From positions 1-64,000 of the forward strand of contig CAVPLM010000020.1 of NCBI GenBank assembly GCA_963706025.1: a stretch of DNA of 64,000 bases. The letters are read 5' to 3'. The notes beneath the pieces were generated by a model. It made no database searches. It was not told where the DNA came from and saw nothing but the letters and a program-made list of their open reading frames with translations. Source of the stretch: an uncultured Actinomycetes bacterium. Its GTDB lineage: Bacteria > Actinomycetota > Thermoleophilia > RBG-16-64-13. The translations under genes were made by a program, and so were the position numbers. Of this stretch, positions 21,406-31,184 are shown one piece after another. The first letter of the stretch is position 1. The number at the start of each line of letters is the position of its first letter.

Positions 21406-22516
21406 TCAGTCGCCGGAGGTGCAGAGCGCCTTGATCGCCTCCGGCAGGGCGTCGAAGTTGTCGGCTAGGGCCGGAACGATCATGGGTTGGTAATTCTCCG
21501 CCATGATGCGTTGCCCTTCGGGACCGAGCAGGTAGGCAAGGAAGGTGGCAGCAGCCTCCGGCTCGCGGGCATTGCTGGGAATGGTGGCCCCGTAGCGTAT
21601 CGACTCTCCCGGGAACTCCGGCTTCACGCTGGCGAAGCGCTGGAAGTCGAGCTTGACCATCACCTTGGAGTACTCGTCGTTCAGTGACTCGTCGGCCAGA
21701 TTGACCGCCGCGGGAAGGGACACGTACTCCATCCCGTGCTGCTTGACCACGCTCGTGTACTCGAAGCAATAATCGATGTCGCCCGACTCGAGGAGGGGCA
21801 GCAACTGCACGCTGTAGGGCCGCATGACCAGGCTTGAGCCGCTCTTGGTCTCAAGCACTTCGGGGACCTTGATGACCGTCACTCCCTCGCTCTCGCTCAC
21901 CCGGATGGGCACCCGGAACTTGCCGCCGAAGATCTGGGCGAACAGACTTCGGCTGGTCGTAGAAGTCCTCGGCCAACTGCACCATCATCAGCGCCCGGTA
22001 CCCGTTGGCGTCCAGGCGCGGATCGGCGCAGCCGATCCGCACGTCCGGCCTCGTGATGATATCGGTCCAGTTGTCGGGGCTCATCTCCGCCGCGTAGGCG
22101 CTTTCGGGCGTGTAGGCAAGGGTCATCTCGTTGGTGGCGAAGACCGTGTACCAATCGGCGTAGGGCTTGCCGGAATCGGGATCATTCACCTCGTAGAGCA
22201 GCATCGGGATCAGCTTGTAATCGGCCGTGACCACCACGTCGGCCTGCTCGTGGAGATCACTCACCAGCCGGATGGCCTGGATGCTACCGTGCCCTTCCAT
22301 CTCGACATCGATGTCGGGATAGGCGGCCTCGAACTCCTGCTCCAGTTGTGCGAACGGGATGATGAGGCTACCGGCGAAGAGTACGCGGATGCTGGCCTTG
22401 TCCGCCCCGCCGGACGGATCGTCCGAGCAGCCCGGCGCGATCACGATCGTCGCAAGCAGAAGGGCCGCGAGAACGAGCCGACTGCGGTAACCGTACGACC
22501 CGTGCGAGGCCATCAC
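21406..22516 (-). CDS. wtpA: tungstate ABC substrate-binding lipoprotein, one frameshift near 21945
   Basis: Lipobox-like APGC, FAGSL, EGHGSIQ, ADYKLI, FATN, DPRLDANGYR (ORF 21851..22516), then RPYSVQLLPLLESGDIDY, LDFQRFA, IRYGATIP (ORF 21406..21912). Confidence 0.88.
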
Positions 22517-22533
22517 CAGGTGCCCCGATACCT

Positions 22534-23596
22534 CTACTGGGTCGGGACCAGCGCCTTGATCTCGACCACTCCGCCTATCATGTCCGTATCAGCGATCCCC
22601 TCTCCCACGAGACGAAGGGGCCAGTACTCCTCGGGAAGAGCCTCCCCGTTCATCTTGTAGGCAACGATCAGATCCTTGTTGTAATACATGGCCGCGCTGT
22701 TGACGCGTCACCGAACTCCCATCGGCAGTGAGAAGCTCGACATCGTAGCCGGCCTGGGCCAGTTCCCGGTTGTATGCCGGTCCTTCGTGCACGTTGTCGT
22801 CGTCACAACGCCCTACAAGGAGGTAGAGGGGGATACCCGTCCAGGTATTCCCTTCAGCGTCCGACCAGTCCGTGCCGTGGCAACCCTCGGCGGCCCCCGT
22901 CTCGAAGGTCGGCCGGTCCATCTCCTCGGTCACCGCTCCAGAGAGCGTCAGGGTCCACTCCTCTTCGATAGGTTTCACCTGGAGCTTCGTCACCCACTTG
23001 ACCCACCAGTGGCCGTCGGTCACCTGGTCCTTCTTCGGGCTGACGATGGCAAGCCGCAGCGTTCCCTCACCCTCGGGGTCCAACGGTTGCCCGTCTCTCT
23101 CGTAGGCGATGATCACCGTGAGCGGCCCCTCCGGATCGTTCTCGGCCCCGGTGACCATGTCGTAGGTGAGGAAATCGCCCGAGCTCAGCTGAGTGTACGA
23201 GACCGTCATCTCGTAGCCATCCTTGGCGACGATACTCACGGCCATGTCCTCGGGGAAGCCACCCACGGACGCGAAGAGATCCTCCAGCAGGACGCCCGTC
23301 ATGAGACCGGGCGGATAGATACGCCCGGTCGAGCTCTTCATGCCCCCATAGCCCTCCGTGGCCTGCATGGCCTTGATGTCATCGAGCGTGTACGAAGCCG
23401 TGCCGTCCGGGCCGACGACCTCCAGTGCAGCCTCACCCCCGTTGCCGCCAGTCGAACTCACCGATGAGCCGGAGCCGCCGGAAGTAGACGTCGTACTCTC
23501 GTCCGCTCCCCCGCAGGCAACGGCGAAGACCATAGCCATGACAAGCACGAGTGCCAAAACGCCTAGCCACCGACGGTCCGCATCCGACTTCCACAT
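22534..23596 (-). CDS. lipoprotein with two sulfite-oxidase-like (molybdopterin-binding fold) domains, one frameshift near 22706
   Basis: Lipobox AVAC, Ser/Gly linker; domain 1 TGVLLEDL...AKDGY...IIAYERDG..L...GTLRL...WVKWV; domain 2 WTGIPL...TADG, continuing in another frame as LIVAYKMNGEALPEEYWPLRLVG...TQ* (TAG 22534-22536). Confidence 0.75.
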
Positions 23597-23742
23597 GCTC
23601 CAGCTCCTTGACGCGTGCAGTAAGGTGTGAGACGGTTACTTATACCATTGTATGGCCTCAAATGCCACATAACCGGGAATAGGCTGCCGAACTCGTGGGC
23701 AGGATAGCCGGTCGCAAGGAGAGGGAGAGCGCATGGGGGTCT

Positions 23743-24595
23743 TTGTCGAAGAACCACGTGAGATTCGGGCCTGTCTTGGCTCTGCTCATGGTCGTCTCGC
23801 TGATCGTGACACTGAGCGCATGCGGGGGAACCGACGAATCCGCTTCCACCTCCCGCTCAAGCGCCGCGTCCGAGCGACAGCGGCCAGACGAGCAGCACGA
23901 TCGCCGAGTCCACAACCGCAAGCACGCTCTCCCTGCATGACAGGATCCAGCAAGAGCAGGCCGGCAGCACCACTATCCCTTCCGTGACTACGACGGCCGA
24001 GGAATCTGCCACGACGACGGTCGGCGCGACTACCACCACGGTGCATGGCGCCACTACCACTGCCCAGCCCACCAGCACCACGGGCACCACGGCCAGGAGC
24101 ACAACGACCACCGTCAAGCCCACTACCACCACGGCCAAGGGCCCAGTCGTCCTGAGGGTGACCGGGCCCTCGGGGACGGTGGAACTCAGCATGGCCGAAC
24201 TCAAGGCCATGTGGGCGACCTCAGGCTACGGCGGCTGGAAGAACCAATTGGGCAACATCACCGCTCCCGTTTCCTGGAAGGGCGTGGCTCTGGCCAATCT
24301 CATGGACCTCGTGGGTGGAGGGAGCTCGGTCCTGGTGCTCGCCTCCGATGGCTACGAGCAGCCGCTCTCTGCCGGCGAGCTGGGTGGTGCAGTGACCACG
24401 TACGACCCTGCCACCGGCGCGGAGATATCCAGTATCAGCGGCAGCATCACCGTCATTGTCGCCTACGCCAAGGGCGGAGGCGCTATCACCGGTGAAGAGG
24501 GCCCGCTCCGGATCGCGTTTGTGAGCCCTGAGAAGGACCAGGTCACCGACAGCGCCATGTGGGTGCGGATGGTGACCCGGATCACGGTGAGATGA
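23743..24595 (+). CDS. lipoprotein with Thr-rich stalk and one molybdopterin-binding-like domain; frameshifts at ~23860-23980, start uncertain
   Basis: Signal and lipobox LIVTLSAC in frame 23695; TTTT repeats and GYGGWKN...WKGV.L...ASDGY...YDPATG...VAY...GPLRIAFV...DQVT...WV in ORF 23984..24595. Confidence 0.7.
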
Positions 24596-24612
24596 GAGTG
24601 AAAGGAATGCCG

Positions 24613-25754
24613 ATGAAAACAAGGACACTGCTTGTGACACTGTTGCTCGCTGCTCTGGTTGTCTTCGCCGTCGCGGTACCCGCCCTTGCCGCTTGGTTCC
24701 CAGACACCGACGGGCACCCGTATGAAGCGAGCATCCTCACTCTGGCCGACAGGGAAATCATCGGGGGCTACACCAACGGCAACTTCGGTCCCGACGACCC
24801 GGTCATCCGCCAGCAGTTTGCCAAGATGATAGTGCTCACCCTGGATCTGCCTGTGACAGAGAGCGACTGGCCGAACCCTGCCGTGCCTTTTGTCGACCTG
24901 GACTCCGACGATCTCACCAAGCTCTATCCTCACGAGTATGTCGCAGTCTGCGCGCTCAACAACATCACCAGAGGAACGGACGCCACCCATTTCTCGCCTT
25001 TGCGCAAGATCACCCGGCAGCAGGTCATCACCATGGTGGTGCGGGCGGCCGACAACCTGACCCCCGGCACCCTCACTGCCGTGCCCGCGGGCTGGAATGA
25101 CGGGGTGCTGAACTATTCCGACCCTGATCACGGGGCCAACATCAGGAAGGCCGAGTACAACGGTCTCTTAGACGGCATCTGGGCCTCGACCACCATCCCT
25201 ACTCCCGGACTGGCCGGCTGGGACACCACCAAGAACGCTACTCGCGGTGAAGTTGCCGAGATTCTTGCCCAACTCCTCTACCGTGCCGGGACTGTGCTCA
25301 CCGTCACCGGATCGACGGGTGCCCAGGAGTTCACCATGGACGACATCAAGGCCCTTCCCGCCGTGGAGGGCTACGGGGGCTGGAAGAACAGACTGGGCAA
25401 CGTCACCGGGCCCCTCATCTGGAAGGGGGTGTCCGATCCAGACCCTCATGGGCATGGTCGGGGGAGGGACCACGGTGACCGTGGTCGCCTCCGACGGATG
25501 GAGCTGGAATTCGACGCGAGCTACCTATTCCGATCGAAGTCTACGGCGCATTCGAGATGTACGACCCGGCCACCGGTGCGACCATCACCGAGATCGAAGG
25601 AGAGATCACCATGATCCTGGCTTACGCCATGGACGGAGGGCCGCTGCCGTCCGAGGATGGTGCTTTGCGTATCGCCTTCGTCAGTCCCAACGACGATCAG
25701 GTGACCTGGAGCGGCAGGTGGGTGAGCCAGGTGGCTCGCATCGAGGTGGAATAG
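24613..25754 (+). CDS. SLH-domain surface protein with C-terminal molybdopterin-binding-like domain; frameshifts near 25432 and 25530
   Basis: Signal peptide, SLH motifs (IIGGYTNGNFGPDDPVIRQQFA, FSPLRKITRQQV, ATRGEVA), then GYGGWKNRLG...WKGV / ASDG / YDPATG...LAYAMDG...GALRIAFV...WVSQV. Confidence 0.8.
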
Positions 25755-25799
25755 CGGAACCGTCCGGACCAAAGGCAAACGTGGAGCGAAAGGAACAAG

Positions 25800-26796
25800 A
25801 TGAAGAAGCGTCTGGTTGTTGGGGCTGCTGATCGCAATGGCGCTGTTGTTGGCGCTGGCGGTGCCGGCCTCGGCCGCGTCACAGTTCACGGACGTCGATG
25901 GACCCTACGCGGCCGACATCGATAACCTGGCTTGGTGGGGCATCGTCAGCGGGTATCCGGACCATACCTTCAAGCCCGACAACCTACTGTTGCGCCAGCA
26001 GTTCGCCAAGATGGCCGATCTCACTGCAGGTTATCCCGTGACCACCGCCGACGTCTGCACCTTCAAAGATGCGCCGGCCATCGACCCGGCCAATCCTCTG
26101 TATCCCGGCAGTTACGTGGCCGTCGCCGCCGAGAACGGCATCATTCTGGGGTATCCGGACAACACCTTCGGCTTCCTCGACAATGTCACCCGCCAGCAGG
26201 TGATCAGCGTGGTGGTACGCGCGGCAGGAGCGACGCTGAGGGAAGCACCCGCCGGCTGGCAGGGCATCTTCGACTACTCCGATCCGACCCACGGCCAGAA
26301 CATCAAGAAGGCTGAGTACAACGGCCTGCTGGCCGGCATCGAGGATATCTACAATTGGGACCCCGCCCTCAAGGCCACTCGTGGCGAGGCGTCCTACCTG
26401 CTGAATCAACTGCTCGGCAAGATCGGCAACCCGGCCGAGGGGGCCAGCGGGTCGATCAAGGTGAGCGGCATGGTGGACCACCCCATGGGACTGACCGCCG
26501 GTCGACTCCAGAACATGGGGCCGGTGACCCTGACGCTCGAACACCCCAAGAACGGGCCCACGGAGTACACAGGGGTGCGATTCAGCGTGCTCTTTGAGAA
26601 ACTAGGGGTGCAGGCCGGGGCCGTCGACATGGTCGCCGTCGCAAGCGACGGCTACAAGTTCACCATCAAGGTGGCCGACATCAAAGCCTCCGCCGACGCG
26701 ATGCTCGCCATCGATGGCAGCAAGCTCAATCTGGCGATACCCGGGCAATCGAGCAAGGCCTGGGTCAAGGACGTGGCGTCGCTCGAATTCAAGTAG
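25800..26796 (+). CDS. SLH-domain surface protein with a short C-terminal molybdopterin-binding-like domain; frameshift in a G run near 25822
   Basis: ATG 25800 MKKRLVV after AAAGGA; SLH motifs (GIVSGYPDHTFKP, GIILGYPDNTF, ATRGEA); IKVSGMV...YTGVRF...ASDGY...WVKDV. Confidence 0.8.
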
Positions 26797-26817
26797 CAGC
26801 CGACAGGCGCAGCCTAG

Positions 26818-26864
26818 AACGCGAGGGGCGCCCCGAGCAAGCTCGGGGCGCCCCTCGCGTTTTT
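26818..26864 (+). terminator. intrinsic terminator
   Basis: Perfect 21-bp inverted repeat 26818-26838 / 26841-26861 running into TTTTT, just after the SLH gene stop. Confidence 0.85.
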
Positions 26865-26961
26865 CCCGCAGACCGAAGCTCTCCGCGTCGGGCCGATTGG
26901 GCACCCCCTTCTGTGGGAATAATCCAGCCACCATCGCTCACCGAAAGGAGATCTCGCGAAC

Positions 26962-27534
26962 ATGAGCATCAAGGGGACCAGGACCGAACAGAACCTGCTG
27001 AAAGCATTCGCGGGCGAAAGCCAGGCCCGCAACCGCTACACCTTCTTTGCCAGCAAAGCCAGGAAGGAAGGATTCGAGCAGATCGCCGCGATCTTCCTCG
27101 AGACGGCCGACAATGAGAAGGAGCACGCCCAGGTGTTCTTCGACTATCTAGAGGGCGGGCCGACGGAGATCACGGCTACCTATCCGGCCGGCAAGACCGC
27201 TACGACCGCCGAGAACCTTCTCGCTGCCGCCAACGGCGAGAAGGAGGAGTGGGGCGAGCTGTATCCGGGCTTCGCCACGGTGGCCGAGGAGGAGGGCTTC
27301 GCCGACGTAGCCACCTCGTTCCGAGAGCTTGCCGAGGTCGAGGAACAGCACGAGCTTCGCTACCGCAAGCTACTCGCCAACGTCAAGAACGATCGTGTCT
27401 TCTCGCGGGACACCGTGGTCAAGTGGCATTGCCGCAACTGCGGCTACGTCCACGAAGGCATATCGGCTCCCGAGGTCTGCCCCGCCTGCAAGCACGCCCA
27501 GGCATACTTCGAGCTCTGGGCCGAGACCTACTGA
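26962..27534 (+). CDS. rbr: rubrerythrin
   Basis: NLLKAFAGESQARNRY, ETADNEKEHA, GEKEE, EEQHE, C-terminal rubredoxin-like CRNC...CPAC. Confidence 0.96.
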   Translation: MSIKGTRTEQNLLKAFAGESQARNRYTFFASKARKEGFEQIAAIFLETADNEKEHAQVFFDYLEGGPTEITATYPAGKTATTAENLLAAANGEKEEWGELYPGFATVAEEEGFADVATSFRELAEVEEQHELRYRKLLANVKNDRVFSRDTVVKWHCRNCGYVHEGISAPEVCPACKHAQAYFELWAETY

Positions 27535-27559
27535 TCGGCGCTCCCGGCAGGGCTCGCCG

Positions 27560-27610
27560 GCTTGAGGGGCGCCCGGCTGCCGCGGCGTGGCCGCCGGGCG
27601 CCCCTCAAGC
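27560..27610. repeat. intergenic stem-loop (18-bp perfect inverted repeat)
   Basis: GCTTGAGGGGCGCCCGGC 27560-27577 / GCCGGGCGCCCCTCAAGC 27593-27610. Confidence 0.8.
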
Positions 27611-27631
27611 TTGCATTCTAAGGAGAGACCA

Positions 27632-28126
27632 GTGAAGGCCGTCGTCGTCTACGAATCGCACTGGGGCAACACCGCGGCGATAGCCCGCGCCATCGCGGAA
27701 GGTCTGGGACCCGAGGCGCAGGCGCTCTCCACCGCCGAGGCTACCTCCGACGCGCTGGCCGAGGCCGATCTGCTTGTGGCCGGAGCGCCCGTCATCGCCT
27801 TCGGGCTTGCCACCGAGAAGACCCTGGAAGGCATCAGGGTCAACCCCGGCAAGGCACCGGCGCCGCCGGATCTATCTCACCCGGCGATGCGGACGTGGCT
27901 GGAAGCGCTGCCGACCGGAGAGGGCCGGTTCGCGGCTTTCGAGACGCGCGTGCGTGGTCCGTTCGGACATGCCACGTCGGCCATCGCCGAAAGGCTGGAG
28001 CGAGCGGGATACCGTTCGGCCGCCAAACCGGCCGGTTTCATCGTCAAGGGCCGGTACGGACCGCTTCGCGACGGGGAGCTGGAACGAGCCCGCTCGTGGG
28101 GCGCCGAACTGGCCGCCGCCGACTAG
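27632..28126 (+). CDS. flavodoxin-family protein
   Basis: VVYESHWGNTAAIA, LLVAGAP, AAFETR, GPLRDGELERARSWG; GTG start after AAGGAG. Confidence 0.88.
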   Translation: MKAVVVYESHWGNTAAIARAIAEGLGPEAQALSTAEATSDALAEADLLVAGAPVIAFGLATEKTLEGIRVNPGKAPAPPDLSHPAMRTWLEALPTGEGRFAAFETRVRGPFGHATSAIAERLERAGYRSAAKPAGFIVKGRYGPLRDGELERARSWGAELAAAD

Positions 28127-28243
28127 CGCGACCCCGACCCCGGTAGAGCAAGGGGACCCACCCCACAGTGGTCGCCGCACCGCGACTGGTCGCATCACCA
28201 TCGCTGCTACAGGCACGGCAGGAGGACGGCGACGGGTCGGGTG

Positions 28244-31057
28244 TCAGTTTGATGGAATGCGGCCGGCGGCACTGGGTAGAGGCGATGCGCCCGCTCCGCC
28301 CGAGAGACAGCTGACGAACACCCTCACGACGTCCGGGTCGAACTGCGCGCCGCTCCCCTTGATGAGCTCTGAGATGGCCTCCCGGCCTCCGAGAGCCGCG
28401 CGATACGGGCGATCGGTGGTCATGGCCGAGTAGGCGTCGGCTACCCCGAGAATCCTTCCAAGCAGGGGGATACCCACGCCGCGCAGCTGCGCAGGATACC
28501 CCGAGCCGTCCCATCGTTCGTGATGCGAGACGACCGCTTCGCGCACCTCGGTCAGATCGGGTAGGTGCTGGGCGATCATCATGCTGCCGGTAAGCGAGTG
28601 CTGGTTCATGAATTCGACTTCTTCGCGGGTGAGCGCCCCGGGCTTGCGCAGAATGCGGTCGGGCACGCCGATCTTCCCCACGTCGTGCAGGAGAGCTGCC
28701 ACCCGCAGCATCTCCTGCCGCTCCTTGGCGAAGCCGAGAGAGCGCGCGACAGCACCGCTCAGCTCTGCCACCTGGGCGGAGTGCCGCCGCGTGTAGTGGT
28801 CCTTGTTGTCCACGGCGCTGACCAGTGCGTCCAGCGTGCTGAAGGCTCGGGAGTCCACGGCCTCGCCGCCGACCGGCTCGCTTCGCACGGTGACGGTGTC
28901 GCCCCCCCAACGCTTGGACTCGTAGAGGTTGGCGTCGGCTATGGCGATGAGTGACGCCGCGTCCTGCCCATCCTCTGGGAAGGAAGCGGCGCCGAAGCTC
29001 ATGCGCAAGGGGATCGAGGCGCCATCGGGAGCGACGTAGGGCAGGGAGTTCAAGGCGACCCGCAGGTGGTCGGCCAAGGTACGCGCACCGGCCCGATAGG
29101 TCTCCGGCAGGATCAGGACGAACTCGTCGCCACCGAAGCGGCCGACGAAGTCGGAGACGCGGCTCCGGTGCTGGAGGAGACCGGCTACCCGTTTGATGAT
29201 CTCGTCGCCAACGGGGTGCCCGTAGGTGTCGTTGAAGAGCTTGAAGTTGTCGATGTCGGTGATGAGGATCGAGAAGGTCCCCTGATAGCGTCTTGCCCGC
29301 CCGACCTCGATCTCGAGTTGCTCGAGAGACCTGCGCCGGTTGTAGAGCCCACTGAGGGAGTCGATCTCGCCCAGGGCCTTGATCTCTTCGTACAGGCGCG
29401 TGTTCTTGAGAGCCTGAGCGACCTGGCTGGCGAAGAGCAAGATGGTCGACCTTCTGTCGCTGGAGAACTTGCTGGTTCTCACAGATGCCGAGATGATGAG
29501 ACCGACCGGAGCGTCATCAGAGTACAGCGGAACCAGCGCAAGCGAGTGGAAACCACCCAGATCGGGCGAAGATCGGCCGAAGAGACGTTCTTGCTCGCTC
29601 GGCGCCAGTTCAGAGACGGACTCGATGAATATGGCGGGAGAGCCACTGAAGACGGCCCTTAGAAGCCCGTTCGCCTCCTGATCGAGCACTCCGTCCGCCT
29701 GGTCGCAACCGAACAGTTTGGGCAAAGTGGCGTAGCCGGGCTTCTGGCGGAAGAACGCCCGCAGCCCCTGTAGCTGACCTTCATCAGTATGCAGCCGGAG
29801 CAACCACATCTCGTCCGCCTCGAATATGTCCAGGGCGACGTGCTCCAGCTGAGCCAGCGCATCCGCTATCTCCAAGCTGCCCCCGAGTGAGGCGCTCGCT
29901 TCTTGGAGGTGCTGAAGATGGCGGTGGGCCTTCTCCAGATCGCGGTGCCTGCCTTGCAGTTCGTCCAGGGTCTCGGACAGGCTCCGGGCTTGTTTCTCCT
30001 GCTGGGTGCGGATGTTTTCGAGCTGGGAGAAGCTCGAGTTGATCGTACGAGCCAGAACCGCCAGTTCGTCCTTTCCTTCGACTGCGAGAGGAGCGAACTC
30101 GCCCTCGCCCGGCTTGACGTGCTTGACTTGCGCGGTCAGTTGCGCGAGCCTTCGAAACAGCGACCTTTCCAGGAGTCTATTGGCAGCCACACCGAACAGT
30201 GCCGCCACCCCGATCAGAGCCAGCATGAAGTAGCGCACGCTCTTGGTGCCCTGCTCGTAGACGATCCTTGGCGTCTCCACCTTCAGCGCCAGCGTGGGCT
30301 CCCCAAACACGTCGTCTAGCAGTGAGTAACCTGCCACCATACCGGTGCCGAGTGGGGTCACGATTGCTTCGGCCACCGGGGCGTCCGAAGAAGCTGCCCG
30401 CTGGAATTCGGCAGGAAGATCCTCAGCAGACAGAGGGAGAAATGCCAGCGACAGCCTTGTCTGGCTCGAGAGCTCGGCTACTCGCGCGGCGTCCAGCCAC
30501 CTGCCCATGATGAAGGCTCCGCGGATTGGGCCTTCGCTCTGGCTGGTAAGTATCGGTTGGGAGTCGATGAGCATCGGGCCTTCGGGCAGCATCAAGATAC
30601 CCGAGAGTCTGCTATCCACCCCGCTGTGACGGACGAGAGGGCTTTCCGCCGTCAGAAGCGCGGTGAAGCCCGCCGGCAGTGGAGTCGCTCGTGAGCCTTC
30701 TAGATCGAAGCCTCGACCCCAGACGATGGTCCCATCGTTCCGGACGAAAGCCGCCAGATTGGCCTTGAAACCGGTGAACAGCGAGTCCGCCAGATTAACC
30801 TGGACATAGGTCTCGTTCTTGTCCTTCACAAAGGCGACCGTGTCGTCCCAGGAGGAGTAACTGTAAACTGCGGCGCTCAGCTCCCCCAGGTTCTGCGCCA
30901 CTGCCGCCCGCGCGCGCTTCACCTGATCCTGCATCTCCGCCGTCTCCACGCTGGCAAAGCCGCGCATGAAGACGGTCTGAGAGACGGCGAAGATCACCGC
31001 CACCGCGATGATCAGGGTGCATCCCATGAGCAGGTAGGTCTTCCGGCGTAGCGACAA
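28244..31057 (-). CDS. membrane sensor: CHASE4-HAMP-GAF-GGDEF-HD-GYP (diguanylate cyclase / phosphodiesterase)
   Basis: Two TM segments around YSSWDDT (CHASE4); GKDELAVLARTIN (HAMP); LALVPL...LFASQVA (GAF); DIDNFK..ND..GH, RFGGDEF; LLHDVGKIG, HHERWDGSGYP. Confidence 0.92.
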   Translation of the reverse strand: MSLRRKTYLLMGCTLIIAVAVIFAVSQTVFMRGFASVETAEMQDQVKRARAAVAQNLGELSAAVYSYSSWDDTVAFVKDKNETYVQVNLADSLFTGFKANLAAFVRNDGTIVWGRGFDLEGSRATPLPAGFTALLTAESPLVRHSGVDSRLSGILMLPEGPMLIDSQPILTSQSEGPIRGAFIMGRWLDAARVAELSSQTRLSLAFLPLSAEDLPAEFQRAASSDAPVAEAIVTPLGTGMVAGYSLLDDVFGEPTLALKVETPRIVYEQGTKSVRYFMLALIGVAALFGVAANRLLERSLFRRLAQLTAQVKHVKPGEGEFAPLAVEGKDELAVLARTINSSFSQLENIRTQQEKQARSLSETLDELQGRHRDLEKAHRHLQHLQEASASLGGSLEIADALAQLEHVALDIFEADEMWLLRLHTDEGQLQGLRAFFRQKPGYATLPKLFGCDQADGVLDQEANGLLRAVFSGSPAIFIESVSELAPSEQERLFGRSSPDLGGFHSLALVPLYSDDAPVGLIISASVRTSKFSSDRRSTILLFASQVAQALKNTRLYEEIKALGEIDSLSGLYNRRRSLEQLEIEVGRARRYQGTFSILITDIDNFKLFNDTYGHPVGDEIIKRVAGLLQHRSRVSDFVGRFGGDEFVLILPETYRAGARTLADHLRVALNSLPYVAPDGASIPLRMSFGAASFPEDGQDAASLIAIADANLYESKRWGGDTVTVRSEPVGGEAVDSRAFSTLDALVSAVDNKDHYTRRHSAQVAELSGAVARSLGFAKERQEMLRVAALLHDVGKIGVPDRILRKPGALTREEVEFMNQHSLTGSMMIAQHLPDLTEVREAVVSHHERWDGSGYPAQLRGVGIPLLGRILGVADAYSAMTTDRPYRAALGGREAISELIKGSGAQFDPDVVRVFVSCLSGGAGASPLPSAAGRIPSN

Positions 31058-31106
31058 GAGGACTCCAATGAGGAACAGCCAATGACCGATGCTTCGCTCA
31101 CAAGCG

Positions 31107-31146
31107 ATATCGGCCTCAGATCACCCCCACTTGAACCCCCACTTGA
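31107..31146 (-). promoter_or_regulatory. sigma28 (FliA/SigD/WhiG)-like promoter TCAAG-N15-GCCGATAT, with a 12-bp tandem duplication covering the -35
   Basis: Minus strand reads TCAAGTGGGGGT TCAAGTGGGGGT GATCTGAG GCCGATAT, ~50 bp upstream of the GGDEF/HD-GYP start. Confidence 0.6.
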
Positions 31147-31184
31147 GATTGGCATGAGCAGCCATCCCCGCCATAATGAGCAAA

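Noticed and set aside
23597-23742. Moco/Tuco riboswitch or ModE/TunR box upstream of the tungstate locus (also considered at 16105-16254 and 26865-26960)
   Set aside because: Only isolated fragments (CCTAAG, or GAAAGGAG serving as an RBS) were seen; the full motif architecture could not be built by eye.
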